Positions 46,086 to 55,973 of a stretch of DNA of 64,000 bases are shown in pieces; within the stretch, counting starts at the first letter, position 1, and every line of letters begins with the position of its first letter. The position numbers and the translations under genes are program-made. Source of the stretch: Spirochaetia bacterium (GTDB lineage: Bacteria; Spirochaetota; Spirochaetia; DSM-2461). The stretch lies in contig CAXXIA010000002.1 in NCBI GenBank assembly GCA_963666985.2, forward strand, positions 960,001 to 1,024,000. The letters run 5' to 3'. A model generated the notes under the pieces. It was given only the letters and a program-made list of their open reading frames with translations, was not told the origin of the DNA and made no database searches.

Positions 46086-46149
46086 TCATTTAACTCCGAT
46101 CATGTTCATACACAATAATTTATATCCTATGGGCCCTTTATGATACACC

Positions 46150-46410
46150 CGTTACTGTTACGTTAGGTTACGTTTCGTTCTTTCTTTTTGTTGAAATTCG
46201 TCTTCCTTTCACTCCCAATCAGTCACTTCATCGGGACGGTTTTCGTAAAATCGACAGAACAATATTCTTCCGAAATCCATTTTTTTCGCCATCATCTCTC
46301 TTTAATGCAAGGAATTAAGTTAATTAAAATTAAAAGAGCCGCTTCATCTCGCCGGTACTTTCAACATAATTAAAAGTAATATAACGTTATTAAACGTTAC
46401 AAAACGTATT
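46150..46410. promoter_or_regulatory. Periodic GTTAC / AACGTT repeats at both divergent promoters
   Basis: 46150-46180 CGTTACTGTTACGTTAGGTTACGTTTCGTTC; 46381-46410 ATAACGTTAT TAAACGTTAC AAAACGTATT. Confidence 0.6.
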
Positions 46411-46452
46411 TGAACACAATCAAATGTGATCTAAGGAAACAGTCTGAATACA

Positions 46453-47505
46453 ATGCTCACCCCCCGCGGAAAAAGACAGAACGAAGAAAAAAATTCACGG
46501 CGAACCATGAATTGGTTTTTAGTAGGACTGATTCTCCCCCTGGGGACAGTTCTTCTTTCGCTCCTGATAGGGCGATATTTCATCAGTATCGGACAGCTGG
46601 CTTCTCTAATTGCCTTAAAACTGCATCACCAGCCGCTGGGCGATTATGCCGTTATCGACACCATAATATTCAACGTTCGTTTGCCGCGGATTCTCAGCGC
46701 TCTTATTATCGGAGGGGCTCTGTCTCTCTCCGGAACCGTTTATCAAAGTACGTTCAGAAATCCCATGGTATCTCCGGGGATTCTCGGAGTGGCCAACGGA
46801 GCCGGATTCGGAGCGGCTGTGGGAATCTTGTTCTCCATGAGCTATTTCGGAATCCAGTCCATGGCCTTTCTCTTCGGACTGATCGCCGTCGGACTGACCT
46901 ATCTTATCAGTGCCTTTAAAAAAGAAGACGGCAATTCCATCCTAACCCTGGTACTGGCCGGAATGGTTATCAGCACCATATTCTCATCCTTTATTTCTCT
47001 GACGAAATATATTGCCGATCCGGATGATAAACTGCCGGCCATTACATTCTGGCTTATGGGCAGTCTGGCCTCAATTACCATGAAGGAGGTACTGATTACC
47101 CTTATCCCGGTAGTCGCCGGATCCATACCTCTGTTTCTTATGCGATGGAAACTGAACATCCTCGCCTTTGGAGATGAAGAAGCCAAATCCATGGGCGTGA
47201 ATACGTCGCTGGTCAGATTGCTGATTATTATCTGTTCCACGGTCATTACGGCGGCCGCCATCGCCATCAGCGGGATTGTCGGCTGGGTCGGGCTCATCAT
47301 CCCTCATATCTGCCGAATGATATCCGGGCCCAATCACAACACACTTGTCCCTTTATCGGTTGCCGTCGGAGCCGTTTATCTTCTTATCGTCGATGATGTG
47401 GCCAGAACTCTGGCAAGCATTGAGATTCCCTTAGGAATCATTACGTCCCTTATCGGAGCTCCATTCTTCATCTACCTGATGTATCAAAAAAGGAAGTCCT
47501 GGTAA
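46453..47505 (+). CDS. FecCD/BtuC-family ABC permease
   Basis: RLPRI, FRNPMVSPGILG, FWLMGS, GWVGLIIPH, EIPLGIITSLIGAPFF. Confidence 0.95.
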   Translation: MLTPRGKRQNEEKNSRRTMNWFLVGLILPLGTVLLSLLIGRYFISIGQLASLIALKLHHQPLGDYAVIDTIIFNVRLPRILSALIIGGALSLSGTVYQSTFRNPMVSPGILGVANGAGFGAAVGILFSMSYFGIQSMAFLFGLIAVGLTYLISAFKKEDGNSILTLVLAGMVISTIFSSFISLTKYIADPDDKLPAITFWLMGSLASITMKEVLITLIPVVAGSIPLFLMRWKLNILAFGDEEAKSMGVNTSLVRLLIIICSTVITAAAIAISGIVGWVGLIIPHICRMISGPNHNTLVPLSVAVGAVYLLIVDDVARTLASIEIPLGIITSLIGAPFFIYLMYQKRKSW

Positions 47506-48357
47506 ATGAAGCTTATCGTTAAGAATCTCGACTGCGGATACGGACAGAAAAAGATCATTAAGGATATTTCACTAACCGTAAAAGAGGGAGAAACGGTCTG
47601 TCTGCTCGGTCCGAACGGCGTGGGCAAAACAACTTTCTTCAAAACGATTCTGGGATTTCTAAAACCTCTCGCGGGAACCGTTGAACTCGACGGTATCGAT
47701 ATCCATAAGCTTTCAAGGAAAGAATTTGCCCAACTTATAGCCTACGTTCCCCAAGCTCACAGTGTTCCGTTTCCGTTTAAAACAAAAGATGTCGTTCTGA
47801 TGGGACGAAACGCGCATACGGGAATCATGTCGGTTCCCTCTCAAAAAGACCGCCGGTATGCCTTGGAGAGTATGGAAACCCTGGGAATCGGCCATTTGAA
47901 AGAAAAGGTTTACACGGAACTGAGCGGCGGAGAACAGCAGATGGTCCTGATAGCCAGAGCCCTTACCCAGCAAACCCGGCTGCTGATTATGGATGAACCG
48001 ACATCGAATCTGGATTTCGGCAATCAGGTAAAAATCCTGAATCAGATCAACCGGCTGCAGAACAAAGGAATCGCCGTGGTTTTAACCACCCATTCACCGG
48101 ATCAGGTTTTTCTATGCGGAACCAAGGTCATCATTTTCCACAACGGCAGGCTCACCGAAACAGGGTATCCCCGTCACATCGTTACGGAAAACATTCTGGA
48201 AAAGGTTTACGGAGTTAGTGTCAAAGTCAGAGACATTCCCGTATCCGATTCCGGCTGCGTCACCGTGTGCATTCCCTGCCTGGAGGGGAAAGAAGAAGAG
48301 GAGTCCGTCGAATACAGTCAATTTCTTCCTGAACTCAAGGAAGTAGAAATATCTTAA
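47506..48357 (+). CDS. FecE/BtuD-family ABC ATP-binding protein
   Basis: GPNGVGKTT, LSGGEQQ, MDEPTSNLD. Confidence 0.95.
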   Translation: MKLIVKNLDCGYGQKKIIKDISLTVKEGETVCLLGPNGVGKTTFFKTILGFLKPLAGTVELDGIDIHKLSRKEFAQLIAYVPQAHSVPFPFKTKDVVLMGRNAHTGIMSVPSQKDRRYALESMETLGIGHLKEKVYTELSGGEQQMVLIARALTQQTRLLIMDEPTSNLDFGNQVKILNQINRLQNKGIAVVLTTHSPDQVFLCGTKVIIFHNGRLTETGYPRHIVTENILEKVYGVSVKVRDIPVSDSGCVTVCIPCLEGKEEEESVEYSQFLPELKEVEIS

Positions 48358-48367
48358 GGAGAATAAA

Positions 48368-49477
48368 ATGAAAAAGATTACGATTTGTCTTTTGCTTTTT
48401 GCAATTCCCTTTGCCGCCTGGTGCGGCGGTGAAGCGGAAATCGCACCTCAGACATCGGCCCCGGATAGTCCGGCAAGAATCATTACGGATATGGCCGACC
48501 GGGAAGTGGAGATTCCCGGCCGGATCAACACCGTATATTCCCGCTGTCCCATGGGAACCATTCTGATGTACACCATCGATCCGGAAATGATCGCCGGACT
48601 CAGCTGGAAACCGACGGAATTCGAGAAAGAGTATCTGACGGAAGCCTATGCCCGTCTTCCTCTCCTCTCCGGCTGGTTTGCCACCAATGAAGGCAACGTT
48701 GAAGAAATCATAAAAACCGCTCCGGATATCATGTTCTCCAGCGTCAGAAATCCCAAGGGTGCCGTAGGCTCCCTGGAACAGGCCGACAAGCTTCAAAAAC
48801 TCTTAAATATACCCGTTCTTATGCTGGATTCCGGCATTACTCAATTACCGGCCATCTATCGTTTTGTCGGTGAGACCCTTGGAAAAGAGGAGAGGGCGGA
48901 AGAGCTGGCCTCTTATACGGAAGCCATGATTAAAGAGATTCAAGCAAAAGCGGCTCTGATTCCCGAAGACCAAAAGGTTGGTGTGTACTATGCCGAAGGA
49001 ACCGAAGGCCTGGAAACAGATCCGGCGGGATCGCTTCATTCCGAGCTGATCGAATTCGTCGGTGGAATCAATATCGCCCAGGTTCCGAATATCACCGGCG
49101 TGGGAGGAATGGGCCGCTCCCAGGTATCCCCGGAACAGCTCGCCGCCTGGGATCCGGATGTTATCATCGCCTGCCACGATCAGGGATTTGCCGGAAATGC
49201 CGGTACCTATCAGGCCGTTCTTACCGATCCCCGGTTTGCCACTCTTCGGGCCGTTAAAGAGCGGAAAGTCTACGAAATCCCCTATAAACCCTTTAACGTT
49301 ACCGATCGCCCGCCCTCTGTAAACCGCATCATCGGCGTTAAGTGGCTGGCCAATCTTCTGTATCCGGAAATTTACAATTACGACATGAAAAAGGAGTTTC
49401 GAGATTTCTACAAACTCTTCTACAACATCGATCTCAGCGATGATCAGCTGGATGAAATCCTAACGAACGCCGGATAA
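48368..49477 (+). CDS. Class III (helical-backbone) ABC substrate-binding protein
   Basis: Signal peptide, ITDMADREV, VSPEQLAAWDPDVII, DRPPSVNRIIGVKWLA.LLYP. Confidence 0.92.
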   Translation: MKKITICLLLFAIPFAAWCGGEAEIAPQTSAPDSPARIITDMADREVEIPGRINTVYSRCPMGTILMYTIDPEMIAGLSWKPTEFEKEYLTEAYARLPLLSGWFATNEGNVEEIIKTAPDIMFSSVRNPKGAVGSLEQADKLQKLLNIPVLMLDSGITQLPAIYRFVGETLGKEERAEELASYTEAMIKEIQAKAALIPEDQKVGVYYAEGTEGLETDPAGSLHSELIEFVGGINIAQVPNITGVGGMGRSQVSPEQLAAWDPDVIIACHDQGFAGNAGTYQAVLTDPRFATLRAVKERKVYEIPYKPFNVTDRPPSVNRIIGVKWLANLLYPEIYNYDMKKEFRDFYKLFYNIDLSDDQLDEILTNAG

Positions 49478-49628
49478 TCCTTTTCAATCGGAACCGACTC
49501 ATACGGAAAAAAAAGACTACCGGAGAACCGACATCTCCGGTACCGCATAAAGCGTATGGGCCGGTGGTTCCACAGGAAAGAGATTCAACACTTACCCATT
49601 CAATCAAAACTGATATCCGGAGGTTTTC

Positions 49629-50240
49629 ATGGAAATAAATCCAGAAAAGTTCGATTCCATTGCCCATAATATTTTCGCTCCCGTGTATCCGGTTATTGCC
49701 CGCCAGGTTCTGGAAGAATTCAACCGAAGAGAAGGGATATGCCTTGATCTTGGCTCGGGAACCGGCATGCTGGGCATGGCCGTAGCCGAAGAGGCTAAAG
49801 ACATGAAGGTTGTTCTCTTCGATGAATCGGAGGAGATGCTGCGGCTTGCCGGGAAATACAACAACTTACCGGAGCGGGTATCGACGAAGCAGGGAGTCGC
49901 CGAAGAACTGCCGTTTGCCGACGATTCGGTTGATCTGATTGTCAGCCGAGGTTCGGTTTTTTTCTGGAACGACCAGAAACAAGGATTTAAAGAAGCCTAT
50001 CGGGTCCTGAAATCGGGAGGATGTGCCTGTATCGGCGGGGGATTCGGAACACCCGAGCTCTTGAAAGAAGTGATGGAAAAAATGAGTATCCGCGACCCGG
50101 AATGGGCGGATCAAAGAAAGTGCCGCTCCGGGAAACGTAATGTTGAACATTTTGAAAATATCATGGCATCGACAGGTATTCCCGAATACCGGGTAGAAAG
50201 TACGGAGGCGGGATTATGGATCAAATTTCAAAAACAGTAA
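49629..50240 (+). CDS. Class I SAM-dependent methyltransferase
   Basis: LDLGSGTG, LPFADDSVDLIVSRGSVFFW. Confidence 0.92.
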   Translation: MEINPEKFDSIAHNIFAPVYPVIARQVLEEFNRREGICLDLGSGTGMLGMAVAEEAKDMKVVLFDESEEMLRLAGKYNNLPERVSTKQGVAEELPFADDSVDLIVSRGSVFFWNDQKQGFKEAYRVLKSGGCACIGGGFGTPELLKEVMEKMSIRDPEWADQRKCRSGKRNVEHFENIMASTGIPEYRVESTEAGLWIKFQKQ

Positions 50241-52035
50241 AATGCACGGTCTGCGCCAAGGATGTTTGCTTGGCGACAAGCAAAAAGGAACCTGCGGGAA
50301 ATATATCCTCAAAAAAGGACAGATCCGAGAAACCTCACCTCACCGATACTTAACGGTCTGTCCCATCTCCATAGAAACCATGCCGATTCTGCACTTCTAC
50401 CCGCAGGCGAAACTTTTGCAAATCACCACAACCGGCTGCAATTTCAACTGCGGCGGCTGTGTTTCCACCTCCTTTGTTCGGGAACTGGACGAAGAGTCCC
50501 CGGCCCTGCGGAACCACACCCCCCAAGAGATCATTGAGAAAGCGATCCGGGAAGAATGCCTGGGGATTACCTTTATGATGAACGACCCCCTGGCCTCCTA
50601 TTTCACCTTTCTGGAGGTGGCCAAAGAGGCAAAAACATCGGGGCTTCTGGTCGGGTGTTCCACCAACGGATATTTTACCGGCGAATCGGCGGAAAGAATC
50701 GCCCCGTATCTGGATTTCGCCAATATCGGAATGAAGGGATTTGATGATGCCGATTACCGGCCATGCGGAGCCGCTTCCGTAACACCCGTTTTGGATACCA
50801 TTCGGCTCTTTCACCAAAAGGGTGTTCATCTTGAACTGTCCTGCATGTATAAGAATGGAAGCGAAGAAGATCTTCTCGGACTGGCAAAATGGACCGCCGG
50901 AATTGATAAAACAATTCCTCTCCAGATTATGCGCTACATGCCCCTTGAAAAAGCCGATAAAAAAGAAGAACCCGGCATTGCCTCCGCGGAACAATTCTGC
51001 CATGAACTTGAAAGCATTCTCGACTATGTCTACCTCTTCAACAGCCCCGGAACGGATCAATTAAACACGTACTGCCCGGAATGCCGAAGCCTTCTCATTC
51101 AGCGCAATTTTTACGGCCCCATGGGCGCGAAAGTAAAACAGCAATTTATTAAAAGAAATCTTTTCTGCCCTCACTGCGGTGAGAAATCACAGATAACTCA
51201 TGCCGCAGAAAGAAAAGATTTCCGGGAAGAAGGCTTTCTGGGAGGCTATCCTTTTACAAGAGCACTGGAAATTGTCGAATCCATTCTCATAGCCATAGGG
51301 ATTACGGAAAAATCACTGGTAGTCCGGATATGGGAATACTTGCTGAGAAATAACGGCCTTGCCTCTTTACATCAGGAGACAAACAGTATTCCTGATTTTA
51401 TCGGTGCCGTCCGCAAATTCGGAGATTTGGGCGGTAAAGATGAAAATGCGGAAAAGCTGGCCCGTTACCTCGAAGATAAAGTACAAGAAATTGCATCTAA
51501 AACAACCGAAATTTCAGAAAAACCCCGCGTGTTATATACTATGGGGAAACCCTGTTTTGCGCTTAATGCGGGACGTTTTGAAAATGCTCTGGTCAGAGCG
51601 GCCGGAGGTATTTCGGTTAACGACAAACTGGACATCAACGGCAGACCGGGAGAAAACATAAGCCCTGAATTCATAAGCTCTTTAAATCCGGATATTATTT
51701 TCGTCTCGGCTTTCTTTTCCAATTCCGCAGAAGAGCTCTATCAGGAGTGCCTGAAAGCGGGAATCAACTGCCGGGCCGTAACAGAAAAAGCAATCTATGA
51801 GCATCCTTATCCCAACATTGATTTCGGCAGTCCCCGATGGATACTGGGACTGATGAATATTGCCGATATTCTTTATCCCGACCTCTTTTCCTATAACATA
51901 TACGAAGAAGCCGTTTCGTTTTACAAAACGTTTTACCATTGTGATTTTCATCCGGAAGAACTGAACCTGTCTTTCGCGAAACCGAATAGAGTCTGGGAAT
52001 GGGATACGAAGTCAATCCATGCGGCAGAGGCGTAG
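50216..52035 (+). CDS. Radical SAM protein (AmmeMemoRadiSAM/PFL-AE-like) fused to a C-terminal binding-protein-like domain; apparent 1-nt frameshift near 50257
   Basis: GCNFNCGGC CxxxCxxC motif; C-terminal PDIIFV...PRWILGL..IA..LYP. RBS-supported start 50216 is in a different frame from the main ORF 50242-52035. Confidence 0.82.
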
Positions 52036-52325
52036 ATCGGAGAATCGATCCGACAAGGCACTTGCAAGAACCATTACCGGAACCCGGCACGGCAGGCACG
52101 GTTTTCGCAACAAAACCGGCCGGGATTCCGGCGATATCACCGTGAATCAAATCTTCACGAAGAGCCGTGTTGTCGATATCTTATATTCCACTCCGTCGGT
52201 ATGAATCATTTTCAGACGGGGTATTTTTTCTCTCAAACAGCGGCCGGAGGAACTTATTCCACCGGCAAAAGGAATTTCGGCATTGTTGCCCGCCCTAAGG
52301 AATTCCGTACCTTAACTTTAAGAGT

Positions 52326-52793
52326 TCAATTCAGCTGCTCAGATAAATATTGATAAAGCTGTGTTCCGTTGTCTCCAAGGATTTCTCTGCCGAGAATATA
52401 TCCTTGTCCGTTCTTGGTATAAATAATAATCATACCGGCGAATCGGTTTAAGAATTTCAGGGAACCATAGCTGATTTCCGATTTCCTTGCTTCCGAAGAT
52501 ATCGTAATCCCGTCGCTGTCAAAGCTTATTACCATATCCTCGGGCATTCTGCCGACGATTCTTCTGCCGCGAAGATAAATAAGTAAGGGCTGAAGAAGCG
52601 GAAACAGCAGAATCCCGAATAAAATCAAACCGCGGAGAAAAGGATTCGCTGCGGACCAGAATCTGACCGCGAGCAGAACCATGGAAACGGTGAATACCAA
52701 ATTAACAACACCCAGCATAGTCCTATAAATATTGACCATGCTAAGAATTAAAAGATTGTAAGGACTGACTTTATACAGAAAACTGTATTTCAT
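52326..52793 (-). CDS. YcxB-like membrane protein
   Basis: Two TM helices, then FDSDGITI...EISY...IIIY beta domain. Confidence 0.7.
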   Translation of the reverse strand: MKYSFLYKVSPYNLLILSMVNIYRTMLGVVNLVFTVSMVLLAVRFWSAANPFLRGLILFGILLFPLLQPLLIYLRGRRIVGRMPEDMVISFDSDGITISSEARKSEISYGSLKFLNRFAGMIIIYTKNGQGYILGREILGDNGTQLYQYLSEQLN

Positions 52794-52805
52794 CCCTCTC
52801 CGCCC

Positions 52806-54098
52806 TTACTTGAATAGCCCGGGCAGGAACAAACTGATTGAAGGTATGAAGGTTACCAGCATCAGCGTAACGATCATCAGGATATAAAACGGGAAAGTGG
52901 CCTTCACAACCCTTTCGATGGAAACTTTGCCTACGGCCGAACCGATAAACAGTACGGATCCAACAGGAGGAGTCAACAAACCGATACCGCAATTCAGGAT
53001 AATCATAACGCCGAATTGTATGGGGGATATTCCTATGCTCGTCGCGATCGGCAGAAGTATGGGGGTTGCGATCAGAATAATCGGCGCCATATCCATAATC
53101 ATGCCCAAAATCAGCAGAATAACATTCAACAGGAGGGCAAGAAGAATGGGGCTGCTTGTCAAACCCAGAATGGCTTTCGCCGCCAGAGTCGGAACATTGA
53201 GCCGTGTCAGCAGAAACCCGAAGATGCTGGAAGTGGCAATAAGAATGAGTACGATCGACAGCGTATTCACGGCGCTGTCCAGCACTTTCCATACACCTTT
53301 CCAATCCAGACCTTTATAGATAAAAACACTGACGATCAAACTATAAATAACCGCAATGGCCGCCGATTCGGTGGCGGTGAAAACTCCGCCCACCACACCG
53401 ACGACGACTATGAGTATCGCCGCCAAGGCCCAAAAGGAACGAAAGAGCTGTTTTATCAAATTCAACAGATTAAATTTGTTTCCCTTGGGGTAATTTCTCC
53501 GAACCGAGAAAAAATAAGATCCGATCATCAACGTTCCCGCCAAAATTGCCGCGGGAAGGTAGCCCGCAAGGAAAAGACTTCCAACGGACAGTCCGCCCGC
53601 CGCGGTCGCATAGATAACCATGTTATGGCTGGGAGGAACCAGAAGACCCTCACACGAACTGGTAATGGTTACGGCCGTTGAGAAATCATCGTCATATCCC
53701 TGATCCACCATCATGGGAATCATGATGCTGCCCAAAGAAGCGGTGTCCGCCGCTGCGGAACCGGAAATACCGCCGAAAAAGTATGAGGCAACGATGTTGA
53801 CCATTGCCATACCGCCGCGCATCCAGCCTACGCAGGCATCGGCCAGAGCAATGAGTTTTTCGGAGATTCCTCCGCTGCCCATTAAATAGCCCATGGTAAT
53901 AAAGAACGGCACCGCCATCAGACTGAAGGAACTGATTCCTTTAACCATCTGCTGGGCCACCGTGCTCAGAGGCAGTCCCTGATATAACAGACAAAGGATG
54001 GAGGAAAGCGCCACCGCATAGGCGATGGGGAAACGGATCAGAATAAGAATCAGAAAGCTGCCCAAGAGGACAAGTATAGCCATGCTGTTCACAATCAT
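52806..54098 (-). CDS. dctM: TRAP transporter large permease
   Basis: FFGGISGSAAAD, LVPPSHNM, FTATES, GLLTPPVG. Confidence 0.95.
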   Translation of the reverse strand: MIVNSMAILVLLGSFLILILIRFPIAYAVALSSILCLLYQGLPLSTVAQQMVKGISSFSLMAVPFFITMGYLMGSGGISEKLIALADACVGWMRGGMAMVNIVASYFFGGISGSAAADTASLGSIMIPMMVDQGYDDDFSTAVTITSSCEGLLVPPSHNMVIYATAAGGLSVGSLFLAGYLPAAILAGTLMIGSYFFSVRRNYPKGNKFNLLNLIKQLFRSFWALAAILIVVVGVVGGVFTATESAAIAVIYSLIVSVFIYKGLDWKGVWKVLDSAVNTLSIVLILIATSSIFGFLLTRLNVPTLAAKAILGLTSSPILLALLLNVILLILGMIMDMAPIILIATPILLPIATSIGISPIQFGVMIILNCGIGLLTPPVGSVLFIGSAVGKVSIERVVKATFPFYILMIVTLMLVTFIPSISLFLPGLFK

Positions 54099-54622
54099 GT
54101 TTCGGAGACCTCCCCAAGCACCATCTTTTTTATCTGATTATAAATTGTCTCTATTTCGAATATGACCATGGCGACACCCGCAAGAGGAACGGGGAAGTAC
54201 ATCCAAAACCGGGAGAGGGTTGGAATACTGACATAGTAGCCTCTGGATCCGATTTTCACCGCATATTTCCAGCCGACAAAAATCATGACGAAACCCAGTC
54301 CCATTACGGCGAGGTCCGCAAGCATATCCAATACAACGATAACCTTTTTCGGCAAATACCGATCGAAGGCCGTCATCCTGATATGGGAATTCTTTCGTAT
54401 GGCAAGAGCCGCCGATAATACCGCCATATAAGCCATGCAGGAAAGAACGACTTCTTCACTCCAGGCGGGATCGGGTATAAAAGAAATATAGCGGCCTGTA
54501 ACGGCCATTGCCGTGATGGCAATATCGATTACCAGCAGCATTTTGCAGATAAAGAGAACCCCTTTATCGATTGTGTCGTAAAAAGGTTTGATTTTATCCG
54601 CTATTTGAAAAAACCTTTTCAT
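54095..54622 (-). CDS. dctQ: TRAP transporter small permease
   Basis: 4 TM, WSEEV, HIRM. Confidence 0.92.
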   Translation of the reverse strand: MKRFFQIADKIKPFYDTIDKGVLFICKMLLVIDIAITAMAVTGRYISFIPDPAWSEEVVLSCMAYMAVLSAALAIRKNSHIRMTAFDRYLPKKVIVVLDMLADLAVMGLGFVMIFVGWKYAVKIGSRGYYVSIPTLSRFWMYFPVPLAGVAMVIFEIETIYNQIKKMVLGEVSET

Positions 54623-54785
54623 TATTACTCCTCATTTATACGAAGGCGGCACAGAGCTTGAATCGCGTCTGTGCCACCTTTGACTTCGGAACCGGTATAA
54701 ACCCTATGTCCAGTACCATTCCTCTGTGCTGTTTCCAATACCGGTTTCCGGCGGTGCCGAAGCATCCGCCGGGAAATGAGGTATT

Positions 54786-55808
54786 CTATTGCATATCAAG
54801 AATCTTCTGATACAAAGCGGCATTGGAAGCGCTTGATTCTTTGATAACCGCGGCACAAGCCTTCTGCCAGGGAGTTACGTCCTTAACCTTAACAACGGTT
54901 GCACCGGCGGCGGCCAATTTTTCCAGAACTTCATTCTCAGCACCTTCGGAGAGCTGTCTGTTGAAAGCGGATGCGATCTTTCCCGCTTCAACGAGAGCTT
55001 CCTGCTGCGACGGGGAAAGTTTGTCCCATGCTTCGTCGGTGATGATAACCTGGATGGCACCGAGAGTATGACCGTCGAGAATCATGTAAGGGGCAACTTC
55101 ATAAAAAGACATACCGTAGTAGTTGGCGATGGGCTGTTCGGCCGCGTCAACAACACCGGCTTGGAGTGCCGAGTAGAGTTCGCTGTAGCTGACAACGGTG
55201 GGATCGGCGCCGATTCCTTGTACCATACCCCGGGCGACGGGATCGTTTGATACACGGATTTTCAGGCCCTTAAGATCGGCCATCGTATTCAAAGGAGTCG
55301 TACCGAAAAAATGCCTGAAACCTTCTTCGCCATAGAACAGACCGCGGATTCCGGTGCCGTTTTCATGGGGTTCAAGAAGGAATTCGGGAGCAAGGTCGCT
55401 GGTTGCGAAATTCCAGAAATGCTCTCTTCCGGCAAAGGTGTAAGGAATAGAGAGAAGCTTTGACTTCTGTCCGCCGTAAGAGGTCAGAGCAAAGGCGGAG
55501 ATTCGGGACATATCGATGGTACCGCCGCCGCCGAGCATGGCATCCAGAACATCGGGCTCCGCACCCAGAACACCGCTGTGCTGAATATCAATGGTAACGG
55601 TTCCGCCGGAAAGTTTTTCAACCTCTTCCTTGAACTTCAAGCCGGTTTTACCCACGATGGTTTCAAGTGAATTAACTTCCGCGTAAACCAAAGTAACCGG
55701 TTTGTCACCGCCGCCGCTCGCCGCTGAAGACTCGCTCCCGCCATTTGCAAATACGGCGGAAGACACCAGAGCCAGCAATGCGATCATCATTAACGCTTTT
55801 GCTTTCAT
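54786..55808 (-). CDS. dctP: TRAP transporter substrate-binding protein
   Basis: GFRHF, DLKGLKIRV, ELYSALQAGVVDAAE; AGGAG RBS before ATG 55808. Confidence 0.95.
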   Translation of the reverse strand: MKAKALMMIALLALVSSAVFANGGSESSAASGGGDKPVTLVYAEVNSLETIVGKTGLKFKEEVEKLSGGTVTIDIQHSGVLGAEPDVLDAMLGGGGTIDMSRISAFALTSYGGQKSKLLSIPYTFAGREHFWNFATSDLAPEFLLEPHENGTGIRGLFYGEEGFRHFFGTTPLNTMADLKGLKIRVSNDPVARGMVQGIGADPTVVSYSELYSALQAGVVDAAEQPIANYYGMSFYEVAPYMILDGHTLGAIQVIITDEAWDKLSPSQQEALVEAGKIASAFNRQLSEGAENEVLEKLAAAGATVVKVKDVTPWQKACAAVIKESSASNAALYQKILDMQ

Positions 55809-55895
55809 AAGAAGCTCCTTTTCCAAGTGTTCATTTACGCTTGATGTAAATGATTAATAAATGGTTGTGTGATTTTCCTTGAGCGCGCCTTATGA

Positions 55896-55973
55896 AAAAT
55901 CCTGAAAATCTTTCCGATTGTACTCAGTTGCTATTGAATTATATAAAATCCTATTAAAATGTATAAAAATCTT
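55896..55973. promoter_or_regulatory. Repeated AAAATC(C/T)T motifs upstream of dctP, candidate AraC sites
   Basis: Copies at 55896, 55905, 55945 and 55966 (last pair 21 bp apart). Confidence 0.4.

Noticed and set aside
46086..46452. Cobalamin or Moco riboswitch before the FecCD-type transporter
   Set aside because: No B12-box or recognisable Moco aptamer by eye; an Rfam scan would be decisive
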